A DNA stretch of 51,689 nucleotides from Anaerovoracaceae bacterium (GCA_963602505.1 CAVCIX010000002.1:1-51689), one strand, 5' to 3'. Shown: positions 8,994-17,064, numbered from the stretch's first letter. The notes: generated from the letters alone by a model not told the origin. Numbers and translations: made by a program.

Positions 8994-9230
8994 TTATTTT
9001 TTTCCGATAATGTAGTCATAAATTTTATCAATTTTGACAAAAATATCGTCTAACTGTTTTTGCTGTCTACTTACTTCTGACTTTGTAGCGTAGGTCTGCT
9101 CCATTTTCTGGTCGTATTCGCTTAATCTTTTTTCTAATACTGCAGGGGTTACAAAGACATTGTAGGTAAGTAAAAACCCCAGTATAACGATAATTACTGG
9201 GGCGTATTGCACAAATTTATCTTTATCCAT
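8994..9230 (-). CDS. Holin-like / lysis accessory membrane protein
   Basis: 78 aa. Single N-terminal TM (YAPVIIVILGFLLTYNVFV) and a charged coiled C-terminus. It sits immediately upstream of the endolysin, with a double AGGAG RBS. Confidence 0.5.
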   Translation of the reverse strand: MDKDKFVQYAPVIIVILGFLLTYNVFVTPAVLEKRLSEYDQKMEQTYATKSEVSRQQKQLDDIFVKIDKIYDYIIGKK

Positions 9231-9236
9231 TTACTC

Positions 9237-10568
9237 CTACTCCTTTGTAATTCCCTCGATTTTTGCTCTGAGTTTGTCGTAGATTTTTTGAGTTGTTTTA
9301 GGGACTCTGGCTATGAAAAAGTCTAGCAAAATATCTAACAAGACATTTTTACCTTTTAATAGCGTTAATTCTTTAACTAAAAAAGCGTCTACTATTTCTT
9401 TTTTCTCATATCCCTGCAGATTTTCTTTAGCCAAGTCAATAATTTTATCTTTGACCTGGTCTTTTAAATCAGAGTATTTGTCTAAAACTTCTCCGAGTTT
9501 TGCTTTAAAATCAGGTTTTAGCTCTGATAAATCAAAAGTTATAGGATTGTAAATATCGTCATAGTCAAAATAAACCTCTGAGCTGGTCTCTGGGATATTA
9601 AACTCTTTTGTAAGTACGTTTTTACGGTTTATCGGATTTCCGATAGCGACATCTACTTTACGTCTCAAATAATCGTACTTTTTAGAGACTCCCAAATTAG
9701 GATTTGCCTTTAGCCAGCTTTTTTCGTCAGTCCATTCGTTCCTATCGTCTAGCTCGTATATAATCGGTAAAAATGCGTCGTCTTTGTAGCCGTTATCATC
9801 AAATAAGCCGTTAATTAAATTTTCAGCCTCAGCGTATTTTACGTCATACGCTCCCTCTCTAATAAATCCAGCTGTAGTAGTTATCAGGATTAAAGGCTCG
9901 TCTCTGGCTGAAATACCGTCAGCTACAATGTTATAAAGTTCTACACCTTTCCAAGCGTGTATCTCGTCGCACTCTGCAAGATAAATATTTAAACCGTCCT
10001 CAGTATTGCTATCACTAGACAAAGGCTTAAAAGTTGAATTTGTTTTATCATAAGCCAGTTGACTGGTTAAACATCTTACACGTCTTTTTAAATCTGGACT
10101 TTTTTCGGTCATATTTTTTGACTCTTGCCAGATAATTTTAGCTTGTTCTTTTTTGGTAGCGACAGAATAACACTCAGCTCCACCCTCTCCGTCTGCTATC
10201 AGCATATATAAAGCAATTCCAGAGGCTAATAAAGATTTACCATTTTTTTTAGCGACAACTAATAACGCCTCCCGGAAACGTCTAAACTCTGTCTCTTTAT
10301 CAATAATTCCAAAAACAGCACCTATAAATGCCTTTTGCCAAAGTTCTAAAATTACAGGCTTATTTGCCCAGCGTCCTTTAGAGTGTTTACAGTAACGCTC
10401 GATAAAATCTATTGCATGATTTGCTCTGATTTCATTATAGTAGTATTTTGATTTAATTTTGCCTGTTACGAGTTCATATAGGTATTTATAAACCTTAGCA
10501 ACTTTTTTAGAGACGACCTCTTTACCAGACTCTATTAAATTGTAATACTCTATAATTGGGTTACTCAT
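9237..10568 (-). CDS. Terminase large subunit with an intact ATPase domain. The C-terminal nuclease domain is missing and replaced by about 95 aa of unrelated sequence.
   Basis: 443 aa. Terminase_1-type N-terminus with Walker A VVAKKNGKS, Walker B YLAECDEIH and ITTTAG. Similarity is lost after ..PITFDLSE (about aa 348). Confidence 0.75.
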   Translation of the reverse strand: MSNPIIEYYNLIESGKEVVSKKVAKVYKYLYELVTGKIKSKYYYNEIRANHAIDFIERYCKHSKGRWANKPVILELWQKAFIGAVFGIIDKETEFRRFREALLVVAKKNGKSLLASGIALYMLIADGEGGAECYSVATKKEQAKIIWQESKNMTEKSPDLKRRVRCLTSQLAYDKTNSTFKPLSSDSNTEDGLNIYLAECDEIHAWKGVELYNIVADGISARDEPLILITTTAGFIREGAYDVKYAEAENLINGLFDDNGYKDDAFLPIIYELDDRNEWTDEKSWLKANPNLGVSKKYDYLRRKVDVAIGNPINRKNVLTKEFNIPETSSEVYFDYDDIYNPITFDLSELKPDFKAKLGEVLDKYSDLKDQVKDKIIDLAKENLQGYEKKEIVDAFLVKELTLLKGKNVLLDILLDFFIARVPKTTQKIYDKLRAKIEGITKE

Positions 10569-11034
10569 TCTTTCTACTTCTAACCTCTAAAAATTTGTCA
10601 AACTCGTCCTTATAATCTGCAGGAGTAGTAGGCTTGTAATTTTCATCTACTGGGAGTAAGTCCGTCAGCTGTTTTATTAGGGCCGCTTTTTGCTTTGTTG
10701 TGTTCAAATACGCTTTATAATAGGTAGAGTCTTTGAGTCCTTTTTGATTTGCTCCATTTTGATACTCTTCTACTATTCCGTAAGTGTCTACGTCTTTTCT
10801 TAACTCAGCTGTTTTAACAGTCATATAAGCTATATCTTTTATCAGGTCTAAGGCTATGTTTAATTTATCCTCGTCAATAGCTTTATTTTTCAGGTAAGTT
10901 ATAAGCCTTTTTTCTTCTGATTTTATAAGTTTCTCAGACGGACTCATTTTAGAGCGTTTAACAGTCTTTTTAACTGTTTTAGGCTCTTTAGCCTCTGTTT
11001 TAGCCTCTGTTTTAGCTGTTTTTGTTGTAGCCAT
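10561..11034 (-). CDS. Terminase small subunit (P27-like)
   Basis: Track ORF trimmed to the ATG (MATTKTAK...) preceded by AGAGGA. Size, position upstream of and overlapping TerL, and helical content fit a P27-type TerS. Confidence 0.6.
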   Translation of the reverse strand: MATTKTAKTEAKTEAKEPKTVKKTVKRSKMSPSEKLIKSEEKRLITYLKNKAIDEDKLNIALDLIKDIAYMTVKTAELRKDVDTYGIVEEYQNGANQKGLKDSTYYKAYLNTTKQKAALIKQLTDLLPVDENYKPTTPADYKDEFDKFLEVRSRKNE

Positions 11035-11055
11035 AGTCAAAAATCCTCTTTTATA

Positions 11056-11148
11056 CCCCACCCCCTCATGCGTGCGAGACTTGTATTTTTTGAAGCTGGG
11101 GGTGCGGTCTTTTGTGAAAAAATTTTTAAAAAATTCAGGTGGGGGGAG
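11056..11148. other. Candidate cos/packaging recognition region
   Basis: One C-block (ccccaccccctc, 11056-11067) and two G-blocks (ctgggggtgcgg, 11096-11107; ggtggggggag, 11138-11148) sit in the HNH-TerS intergenic region of an otherwise AT-rich element. Confidence 0.3.
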
Positions 11149-11157
11149 TAAAAATCC

Positions 11158-11481
11158 TTAAAACCTTTGTCCCTCTTGCGTTTCGTCTCTTCTGATTAAA
11201 TCTCCTGACTCATCAAAACATAAACCCCACTCAGTCGGTGAGTATTTTTCGTTGTGTTCTCTCTGGTGGCAAACATCACAAAGCAATTCAAAGTTATTAA
11301 AGTCTAATGTTATCTCTGGATTGTTTACATTCTCTGGAGTCAAATAAATTTTATGATGTACTTGTTTACTATTAGGCTTTCCACATCTCTCACAAATACC
11401 AAACTTTGACGCTATGTATGCTTTTCTTGCTCTCTTCCATTCAAGAGAATTATAAAAACTTTTTGAAAATTCACGAGCCAT
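11158..11481 (-). CDS. HNH endonuclease (packaging-associated)
   Basis: 107 aa. CERCGK ... VHHKIY ... CDVCHQREH is an HNH/zinc-finger pattern. It lies directly upstream of terS-terL. Confidence 0.85.
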   Translation of the reverse strand: MAREFSKSFYNSLEWKRARKAYIASKFGICERCGKPNSKQVHHKIYLTPENVNNPEITLDFNNFELLCDVCHQREHNEKYSPTEWGLCFDESGDLIRRDETQEGQRF

Positions 11482-11618
11482 AAAAACCTTAAAGAAATAC
11501 AGAGTAATAAATCAGCTTATCACTCTGTAAATGTTGTGTGTGTGTTCTGCTTGAAACAACTGAAAAATAAAAGGCTCTAAAGCGAGCCATAATCTGTTAA
11601 TAGATAAATAGGAGGATA

Positions 11619-12068
11619 TTAAATTTTATAAGTCTTACAAACGCTTACTATCTTTTTATCACTCGCCCAGTCGGACTCGTTTAAATATCTAGCTCGCTGA
11701 GTTTTAGAGTCTATAACTTTTCCATATTTAAAATCAATATGCTTGCTAAAAGGTACGCTCTGAATAGGACACGATAAAGGCTGTCTCTCTCTTACTTTTG
11801 CTGTAGCCTCCAAATATTCCCAAGCCTCCGAGCCTGATAGTCTCTCTCGTTCTAACAATTTTCTACGGCCTCTAAGAGTTCCATATCTGGTTACAGTTAC
11901 AATAAGACAGCCACACTTTTTACAAGTATAGCTGTCTACGACTTCTTTTACGACTCTGTCAGAGCCTACAAATTTCTTTTGTACAGGTTTGTTAATATCG
12001 GTATCAATACACCAATACGTCTCTGGGTCATTCTTACTATATTTAACACCACAACATACTATAGACAT
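11619..12068 (-). CDS. Hypothetical phage protein with a Cys-rich zinc-ribbon-like motif
   Basis: 149 aa with CC ... C ... CKKCGC. No family recognised. It precedes the packaging module. Confidence 0.5.
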   Translation of the reverse strand: MSIVCCGVKYSKNDPETYWCIDTDINKPVQKKFVGSDRVVKEVVDSYTCKKCGCLIVTVTRYGTLRGRRKLLERERLSGSEAWEYLEATAKVRERQPLSCPIQSVPFSKHIDFKYGKVIDSKTQRARYLNESDWASDKKIVSVCKTYKI

Positions 12069-12144
12069 AGTTCTCCCAATTTCTGACGAGGTAGTCTTTT
12101 TGGTTAAAAGGCTCTCGACATTTGCAATAATACCATATTTTTTA

Positions 12145-12160
12145 GTAACCAGTTGGTTAC
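12145..12160. promoter_or_regulatory. Inverted repeat, candidate operator upstream of the packaging/late genes
   Basis: gtaacca-gt-tggttac: perfect 7-bp arms with a 2-nt spacer, between the LuxR-type gene stop and the next gene. Confidence 0.35.
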
Positions 12161-12164
12161 TCTT

Positions 12165-12368
12165 TTATCTGTTAAGGTCGTAATGTAGTAATAGTAAGTA
12201 TTCTCTAACGAGTCCGACTCTGTCTTTAACTTTGAAATATTTAAAACAAATTCTTAAATTTTTCTTAACATTCTCTACAGAATATCCGAGAATATCGGCT
12301 ATCTCTTTGTTAGATTTTCCGTCTACAACTAGCTCAGTTATTTTCTTTTGAATTTCGTTCAGTTTCAT
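12165..12368 (-). CDS. LuxR/GerE-type HTH (sigma-70 region 4-like) small regulator
   Basis: 67 aa. KSNKEIADILGYSVENVKKNLRICFKYFKV matches the LuxR C-terminal HTH pattern. Confidence 0.65.
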   Translation of the reverse strand: MKLNEIQKKITELVVDGKSNKEIADILGYSVENVKKNLRICFKYFKVKDRVGLVREYLLLLHYDLNR

Positions 12369-12652
12369 TATTTTAGCCTCCTCCCTAGTTCTATAACCCA
12401 GACTCTATCAAGTCCTAAATCGTTCGACTCTGTAGACCGATAAATACGCTTTATTTCAAACTCCATTCTCTCAGGGTTCTTTTTATAGCCTTTTTGAAAA
12501 ATTACAGACTTATAAAATCCGTCTGGTCTCGTCAGTCTACTGTTCCAGTAATGTTTAATTTCTCTGTATTCCTTAGTCTTTTTACCAGATTTGATTTTAT
12601 CAAACCACTCATATTTAAGGACTAAATTAAGAGATTTTTTAGTTTTATTCAT
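12368..12652 (-). CDS. ASCH domain-like protein
   Basis: ASCH-like start (LKYEWFDKIKSGKKTKEYREIKHYW). The ATG at 12652 overlaps the upstream stop (ATGAATAA). The track start at 12676 is an alternative. Confidence 0.45.
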   Translation of the reverse strand: MNKTKKSLNLVLKYEWFDKIKSGKKTKEYREIKHYWNSRLTRPDGFYKSVIFQKGYKKNPERMEFEIKRIYRSTESNDLGLDRVWVIELGRRLK

Positions 12653-12863
12653 TATTAAGCCCCTCCAGAAATTCACTTTTTAAAATAACACTTATTTCCA
12701 TAGTTTTAGCGTATTGTTTCTCTTTTACCTGAATTTTCCAACTCTGTTTTATGTCGGAGGCAATACGCCTCAAAATGGGTTTAATCCGTCTAAATTTTAG
12801 TTTCTTAGGTCTTTTTCTTTGTTGCATACGTTTAAATTTTTCTAGCGTTTTATCTTTTTTCAT
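12645..12863 (-). CDS. Hypothetical basic phage protein
   Basis: 72 aa, Lys/Arg-rich, in tight operon spacing (start overlaps the upstream stop). Confidence 0.4.
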   Translation of the reverse strand: MKKDKTLEKFKRMQQRKRPKKLKFRRIKPILRRIASDIKQSWKIQVKEKQYAKTMEISVILKSEFLEGLNNE

Positions 12864-13126
12864 TAGTAAAAATTCCTCTCTTGCTTTTTGTAAAGCTCTG
12901 TATTAAATAGAGCTTGCTGTACCTCTGCTGGAGCTTTACCGTCGTAAATTTTTTGTAAACATCTCTGGACTGCATACATAAGCCTTTTTTCTTTTTCTGC
13001 CTGTTCTTTTGTCATTTTTCCAGAGGCAATAAGTTTAGGATAGACAGCATATCGTAAACCGACCTCTCTTTTTACACAGTCTATCATTTCTCCCAAAAGC
13101 TCATAATCTATTACTTTATCTGGCAT
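12863..13126 (-). CDS. Hypothetical phage protein
   Basis: 87 aa. Overlaps the MTase 3' end by 16 nt. No family recognised. Confidence 0.4.
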   Translation of the reverse strand: MPDKVIDYELLGEMIDCVKREVGLRYAVYPKLIASGKMTKEQAEKEKRLMYAVQRCLQKIYDGKAPAEVQQALFNTELYKKQERNFY

Positions 13127-14346
13127 GGTTGCGTCTCCTCTGTTAAATGTCTGAAAATATGAGCTATAACGTCGACAGTCCAGCCGTTACCTATCGCCTT
13201 ATATCGCTGAGTATTGCTGACGTGAGCCGTATAATTATCAGGTAGAGTCTGCAAGCGTTCACATTCTATAGGCGTAAGTTTTCTGACGATATAGTCTCCG
13301 TCTGGTAAATCTATAGGATAAATAACTCCGTTTTTAGCTGTTACAGTTTTATTTTTAACGGTTATTATCGTTCCTTTTTTCTCTGTTGTAGCTGGCTCTA
13401 ATACTTGCGACTGCTGTACGTTCTGCCCTAAAGCGTTAGCCTTACCGTCTGAGCGTATTTCAACTCTCAAAACTCTTTCTAATACCATTGAGTCTGTATC
13501 TCTCAGAGTCAAACTATTAGCTTTACCGTCTGTTTTTATCTCAACCCTTTTGACTCTAGGTCGTCCGTCTTTTTTTCTGGGCCAAGTTCTCGACGCACAA
13601 GGTACAGGCTCTAAAACTACGTTATTATGTTCCCAAGAATTAGCCGTAAGTGTTGTAGACTTTTCTAAGTGGATATTTCCGTTATTTTTTCCTCGAGGAC
13701 GCTGGTATAAAATAGGCTCTCCTATAAAGCTCGCTCTACTCTTTGGAAAATCTGAGTTAAAAGTCTTTTTTGCGTAATTTGCTGTTATAGGATAAGATTT
13801 ACTGTCGTAAGTTTCGCCAGACTCTACAATATCTTTCAAAAAAATATTTAAGTTTTCAGGCTGTCCAATCTGTCCTATGTTCGTCCAATATAGTCGCTTA
13901 CGACTCTGAGCCGACACTAAATCCGAGTTTATTAAAACAGGCTCTACACCTAAAATCTGGGTTATAATGTCTTTATTTTCTTTCGTCATACTGGCTACAT
14001 TTTCCAGCAAAAAGTATTTTGGTTTACATTGTCTAAGTGCGTCTACAAACCTAAAAAAGAGGCCGCTACGCTCTCCACTTAGTCCCTTACGGTTTTCTTT
14101 TGCTATGCTTAAATCCTGACAGGGACTCCCACCGATAAGCAAGTCAACATTTTCAAATTTTGTAAAATCTAAAAATCTGACGTCTCCAAGCTGTACAGTT
14201 TTTGGATAATTCGCCTGAGTGATTTTTATAGCGTTCGCCTCAATCTCAGAGGCGTAGTAGTTCTCGTATTCAATCCCAGCTCTGTTTAAAGCAAGCTGGC
14301 CGCATGATATTCCGTCAAATAATGATAAGATGTTTTTAAGTTTCAT
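13111..14346 (-). CDS. DNA (cytosine-5)-methyltransferase
   Basis: Motif I LSLFDGISCG, motif IV GGSPCQDLS, motif VI ENV, motif VIII QSRKRLYW, motif X GNGWTVDV. The start is trimmed to MKLKNILSLF. The variable region is long and contains an internal duplication. Confidence 0.9.
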   Translation of the reverse strand: MKLKNILSLFDGISCGQLALNRAGIEYENYYASEIEANAIKITQANYPKTVQLGDVRFLDFTKFENVDLLIGGSPCQDLSIAKENRKGLSGERSGLFFRFVDALRQCKPKYFLLENVASMTKENKDIITQILGVEPVLINSDLVSAQSRKRLYWTNIGQIGQPENLNIFLKDIVESGETYDSKSYPITANYAKKTFNSDFPKSRASFIGEPILYQRPRGKNNGNIHLEKSTTLTANSWEHNNVVLEPVPCASRTWPRKKDGRPRVKRVEIKTDGKANSLTLRDTDSMVLERVLRVEIRSDGKANALGQNVQQSQVLEPATTEKKGTIITVKNKTVTAKNGVIYPIDLPDGDYIVRKLTPIECERLQTLPDNYTAHVSNTQRYKAIGNGWTVDVIAHIFRHLTEETQPCQIK

Positions 14347-14548
14347 TGATAAAGTCCCTTTTATGTTTTGTTTCTGGCTTTCCAAATTTTCTAACCAGTT
14401 CCATTACTACAGTTTTCATCTGGCATGGGGTTTCCATAATCAAAGGAAGATAGCACCGAGAACACATACAGCCTATCTCGTAACACTCTACGGCTGACCG
14501 AGTCCAGCGTCTCGCTACGTCTCCTTTTATAAGACGCTTTTTTCTCAT
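14336..14548 (-). CDS. Small Cys-rich hypothetical phage protein
   Basis: 70 aa with ECYEIGCMCSRCY ... PCQ. Coupled to both neighbours by overlapping start/stop codons. Confidence 0.4.
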   Translation of the reverse strand: MRKKRLIKGDVARRWTRSAVECYEIGCMCSRCYLPLIMETPCQMKTVVMELVRKFGKPETKHKRDFINET

Positions 14549-14988
14549 AGATAACGTCTCCCTGTTAGCGTTACGTCTACATAGTCGTATTTTGAGTAAT
14601 ACTTATGGACTGAGCCGTCTACGATAGCTTTATCATCTGTGTAAGCGAGTCCATTAAGAGCGTCGCATATATTTTTAGAGATATTGTCCCAGTCAGGTTT
14701 TACAGTTGGTCTTAAAATTTTGTCCTCTGCAAGTTTTAATTTTTTAGAGCTTTTTTCGATATAAGCTGGATATTTAAAATAAACATCTAGCTTTATTTCC
14801 AAATTAAAGCCGTCTAGCTCGTGGGGTAAGTGTTCTGGGTATTCTTTTTTAAAAGCAAGTTTTACCCAGTTGGCATAATTTACCATATCGTCTGGAGTGT
14901 ATTTAACTCCATTACGTCCAAATTTGACAGACTGCTTAGCCTTAACTTTTCCCATTATTCTAAACTTGTACTCTTTTAATTCGCTCAT
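14545..14988 (-). CDS. RusA family Holliday junction resolvase
   Basis: 147 aa. VKPDWDNISKNICDALNGLAYTDDKAIVD matches the RusA catalytic Asp cluster. Confidence 0.8.
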   Translation of the reverse strand: MSELKEYKFRIMGKVKAKQSVKFGRNGVKYTPDDMVNYANWVKLAFKKEYPEHLPHELDGFNLEIKLDVYFKYPAYIEKSSKKLKLAEDKILRPTVKPDWDNISKNICDALNGLAYTDDKAIVDGSVHKYYSKYDYVDVTLTGRRYL

Positions 14989-15060
14989 TTTTAAAATCTC
15001 CTTTAATTCCCTCGAAATTGAGGGAGATAAAATCCCCCTCTTATCGAGTTTTTAACGGTT

Positions 15061-16320
15061 TTACTCCTCTGGAGTTTCAGTATCTCCGTCTTTTTCTGTT
15101 GTTTCCTCAGTAGAGTCAGTCCCTGGAGTCTCAGCCTTTGGCTCTTCTGTAGTTTCTGCTGGTTGTTCGTTTTCAGTTGTTTCTGTATCTTTAGAGTTAT
15201 CCTCAGACTCTGAGTCAGTTTCACTCTGTTTAGCTACAGTATCAGCGTCAAAAAGTTTTGTTTGAAAATTCGTTAATTTACTGTTAATTTCAGTAATTTT
15301 AATTTCGTAATCGTCAATCTCTTTTTCTGTAAGCTCGATATTTTGTCTATTTTTATCTGCAAGCTCTTTATACTCTTTTAGTAAATCCTCCATAGAGTCT
15401 ATAGCCTCGTAATTTTTCAAGTGTTTTTTACACTCTTTAATATCTTGCTTTTTAGCGTTGTCCTGTACTGCATTTGAGACAATCATTTTAAGCTCGACAA
15501 AAGGCTCAAAGGTTAGCGTACTCGCTATATTTTCGTATCTTACAGCCTCTGTCGTCAGCTCATCAATTTTACGTTTTAAATTCTCTATGCTTTTTGTATA
15601 GTCGTTACGTCTTTCCAGTAGTCTTTTTTCTTCCTTACTGTTTGCTATAACTTCTGGGACAGGTTTGTTAGTTTTTTCCTGATTTTCGTTATTTTCTTCT
15701 GTTTTTTGTGATTTTTCGTCAGTTTCTGCGTTGTTTTCTACAGTTTTTGTCGTTTCTTTTTCTTCTGGAGAGTCTGTAGGGCCTGTTGTAGCGTCAGGAG
15801 TTACTACAGCGTCGGTATCGTCTGGAGCTTTAACCTCCGAGCTATCCTCGTTAGTTGCCTTTTCGATTTCTTTGGCTTGTTTTTCCAGCTCCTCAGCCTC
15901 AGCCTGAGACATAATCTCTGTACCCTCTGGGAGCTTGTCAGTTTCACCGTTTAAAAATGCTTTAACATCTGCAGGGGCGTCCTCCGGGATTGACTCGTCT
16001 TTAACTTCTGTATTTTCTGCTGTAGTTTCGGACTCAGCTTTTACTACGTCTTTTCCTCTGGTTAATTCGTCCCAGTCTGGAGTATCGTAAATGTTACCCA
16101 GATAAGTTTTTTTAACTAGATTTTTAGCGTCATTTTTTAGTAAAAATTTCTCAGTTGTTCCGACGTGTTCAACCATAAAGCCTTTTTCGTCGTCCTTAAT
16201 TACTTTGTGATAAGGTATCATAGCTCCTTGCTCTTTATAGACATCACCTACAAAAATAGGACTTTGTCTATTTGCGTCAAAGTAACCAGCTGATACCTTT
16301 TCTGTTAATGTTTTTGTCAT
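15061..16320 (-). CDS. Hyper-acidic phage protein of unknown function
   Basis: 419 aa. A globular N-terminal part of about 95 aa, two long Glu/Asp/Thr-rich tracts and a central coiled-coil-like segment. Confidence 0.6.
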   Translation of the reverse strand: MTKTLTEKVSAGYFDANRQSPIFVGDVYKEQGAMIPYHKVIKDDEKGFMVEHVGTTEKFLLKNDAKNLVKKTYLGNIYDTPDWDELTRGKDVVKAESETTAENTEVKDESIPEDAPADVKAFLNGETDKLPEGTEIMSQAEAEELEKQAKEIEKATNEDSSEVKAPDDTDAVVTPDATTGPTDSPEEKETTKTVENNAETDEKSQKTEENNENQEKTNKPVPEVIANSKEEKRLLERRNDYTKSIENLKRKIDELTTEAVRYENIASTLTFEPFVELKMIVSNAVQDNAKKQDIKECKKHLKNYEAIDSMEDLLKEYKELADKNRQNIELTEKEIDDYEIKITEINSKLTNFQTKLFDADTVAKQSETDSESEDNSKDTETTENEQPAETTEEPKAETPGTDSTEETTEKDGDTETPEE

Positions 16321-16336
16321 GATATTCTCCTTATTT

Positions 16337-17062
16337 TTAAAATAATGTTTGCTGAGTAGCTATCTCAGCGTTAGTTACTGATAGAGCTGTTGTGGCCTCC
16401 AGTCGCTCTATACTGGTTTTAAAATATTTTTCCTCTTTTTCTATGGCTATACAGCGACGTTTTAGCTGTTTACACGCTACAGCCGTAGTCCCTGAGCCTG
16501 AAAAAGTATCTAAGACTAAATCTCCCTCGTTGGTGGAGTTGATTATAAGATTTCTGATTATGTCTAACGGTTTTGGCGTAGGGTGAGAGTAGAGCCGTTT
16601 ATCCTTTACGTTTGTATGCGTAACGTACCATGTACGCTTAGTTTTAAAAGTTCCATAGAGTTTTACTCCTGTCTCTCTAAAGAATAAACATATCTCTTTA
16701 TCTAAGGCGTAATGGTTATTACAAGCTGGGACTACGTTGTCTTTACACCAGTCTATCTGTGTCCAGTTACAGCCTTTTTCCTCTACAAAATATTTCAAGA
16801 GTGGTAGAACTTGACTCTGACTACAAAAAATATAGATGTTTATTTTTTTTAGGACTCTTACAAACTCGTCTAAGATTGAAAAATCAAAACTCTCAGAGAT
16901 AGACTCCAACTGTTTATAGTTGAGTTTCTTTTTTACTCCAAACGCTCCAGACCCCTGTTTTACTTTGATGTCATACGGAGGGTCAACTAAGACCAGGTCT
17001 ACAGAATTTGTCTCAATCTCTTTTATTAGTTTGTAAGAATTTCCTAAAATTATTTTTTGCAT
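16337..17062 (-). CDS. DNA methyltransferase, N6-adenine/N4-cytosine class (beta-type motif order), probably m6A
   Basis: 241 aa. Motif IV VLVDPPYD near the N-terminus and motif I DTFSGSGTTAVA near the C-terminus. Confidence 0.8.
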   Translation of the reverse strand: MQKIILGNSYKLIKEIETNSVDLVLVDPPYDIKVKQGSGAFGVKKKLNYKQLESISESFDFSILDEFVRVLKKINIYIFCSQSQVLPLLKYFVEEKGCNWTQIDWCKDNVVPACNNHYALDKEICLFFRETGVKLYGTFKTKRTWYVTHTNVKDKRLYSHPTPKPLDIIRNLIINSTNEGDLVLDTFSGSGTTAVACKQLKRRCIAIEKEEKYFKTSIERLEATTALSVTNAEIATQQTLF

Positions 17063-17064
17063 TT

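Noticed and set aside
11535-11545. (tg)5 microsatellite plus a nearby 7-bp hairpin (acagagt/actctgt) between the Zn-ribbon ORF and the HNH gene.
   Set aside because: Too short to call a phase-variable tract. The hairpin is weak and lacks a clear T-run, so at best it is a minor intra-operon attenuator.
11989-12183. 64-aa plus-strand ORF across the 149-aa gene start and the spacer.
   Set aside because: It lies on the opposite strand to the whole island operon, is hydrophobic nonsense, and has no RBS.
15003-15224. 73-aa Lys/Gln/Leu-rich ORF overlapping the 3' end of the acidic protein gene on the same strand. It could suggest a frameshift product.
   Set aside because: It is simply the alternate frame of the Glu/Thr-rich low-complexity tail. 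There is no slippery site or RBS.
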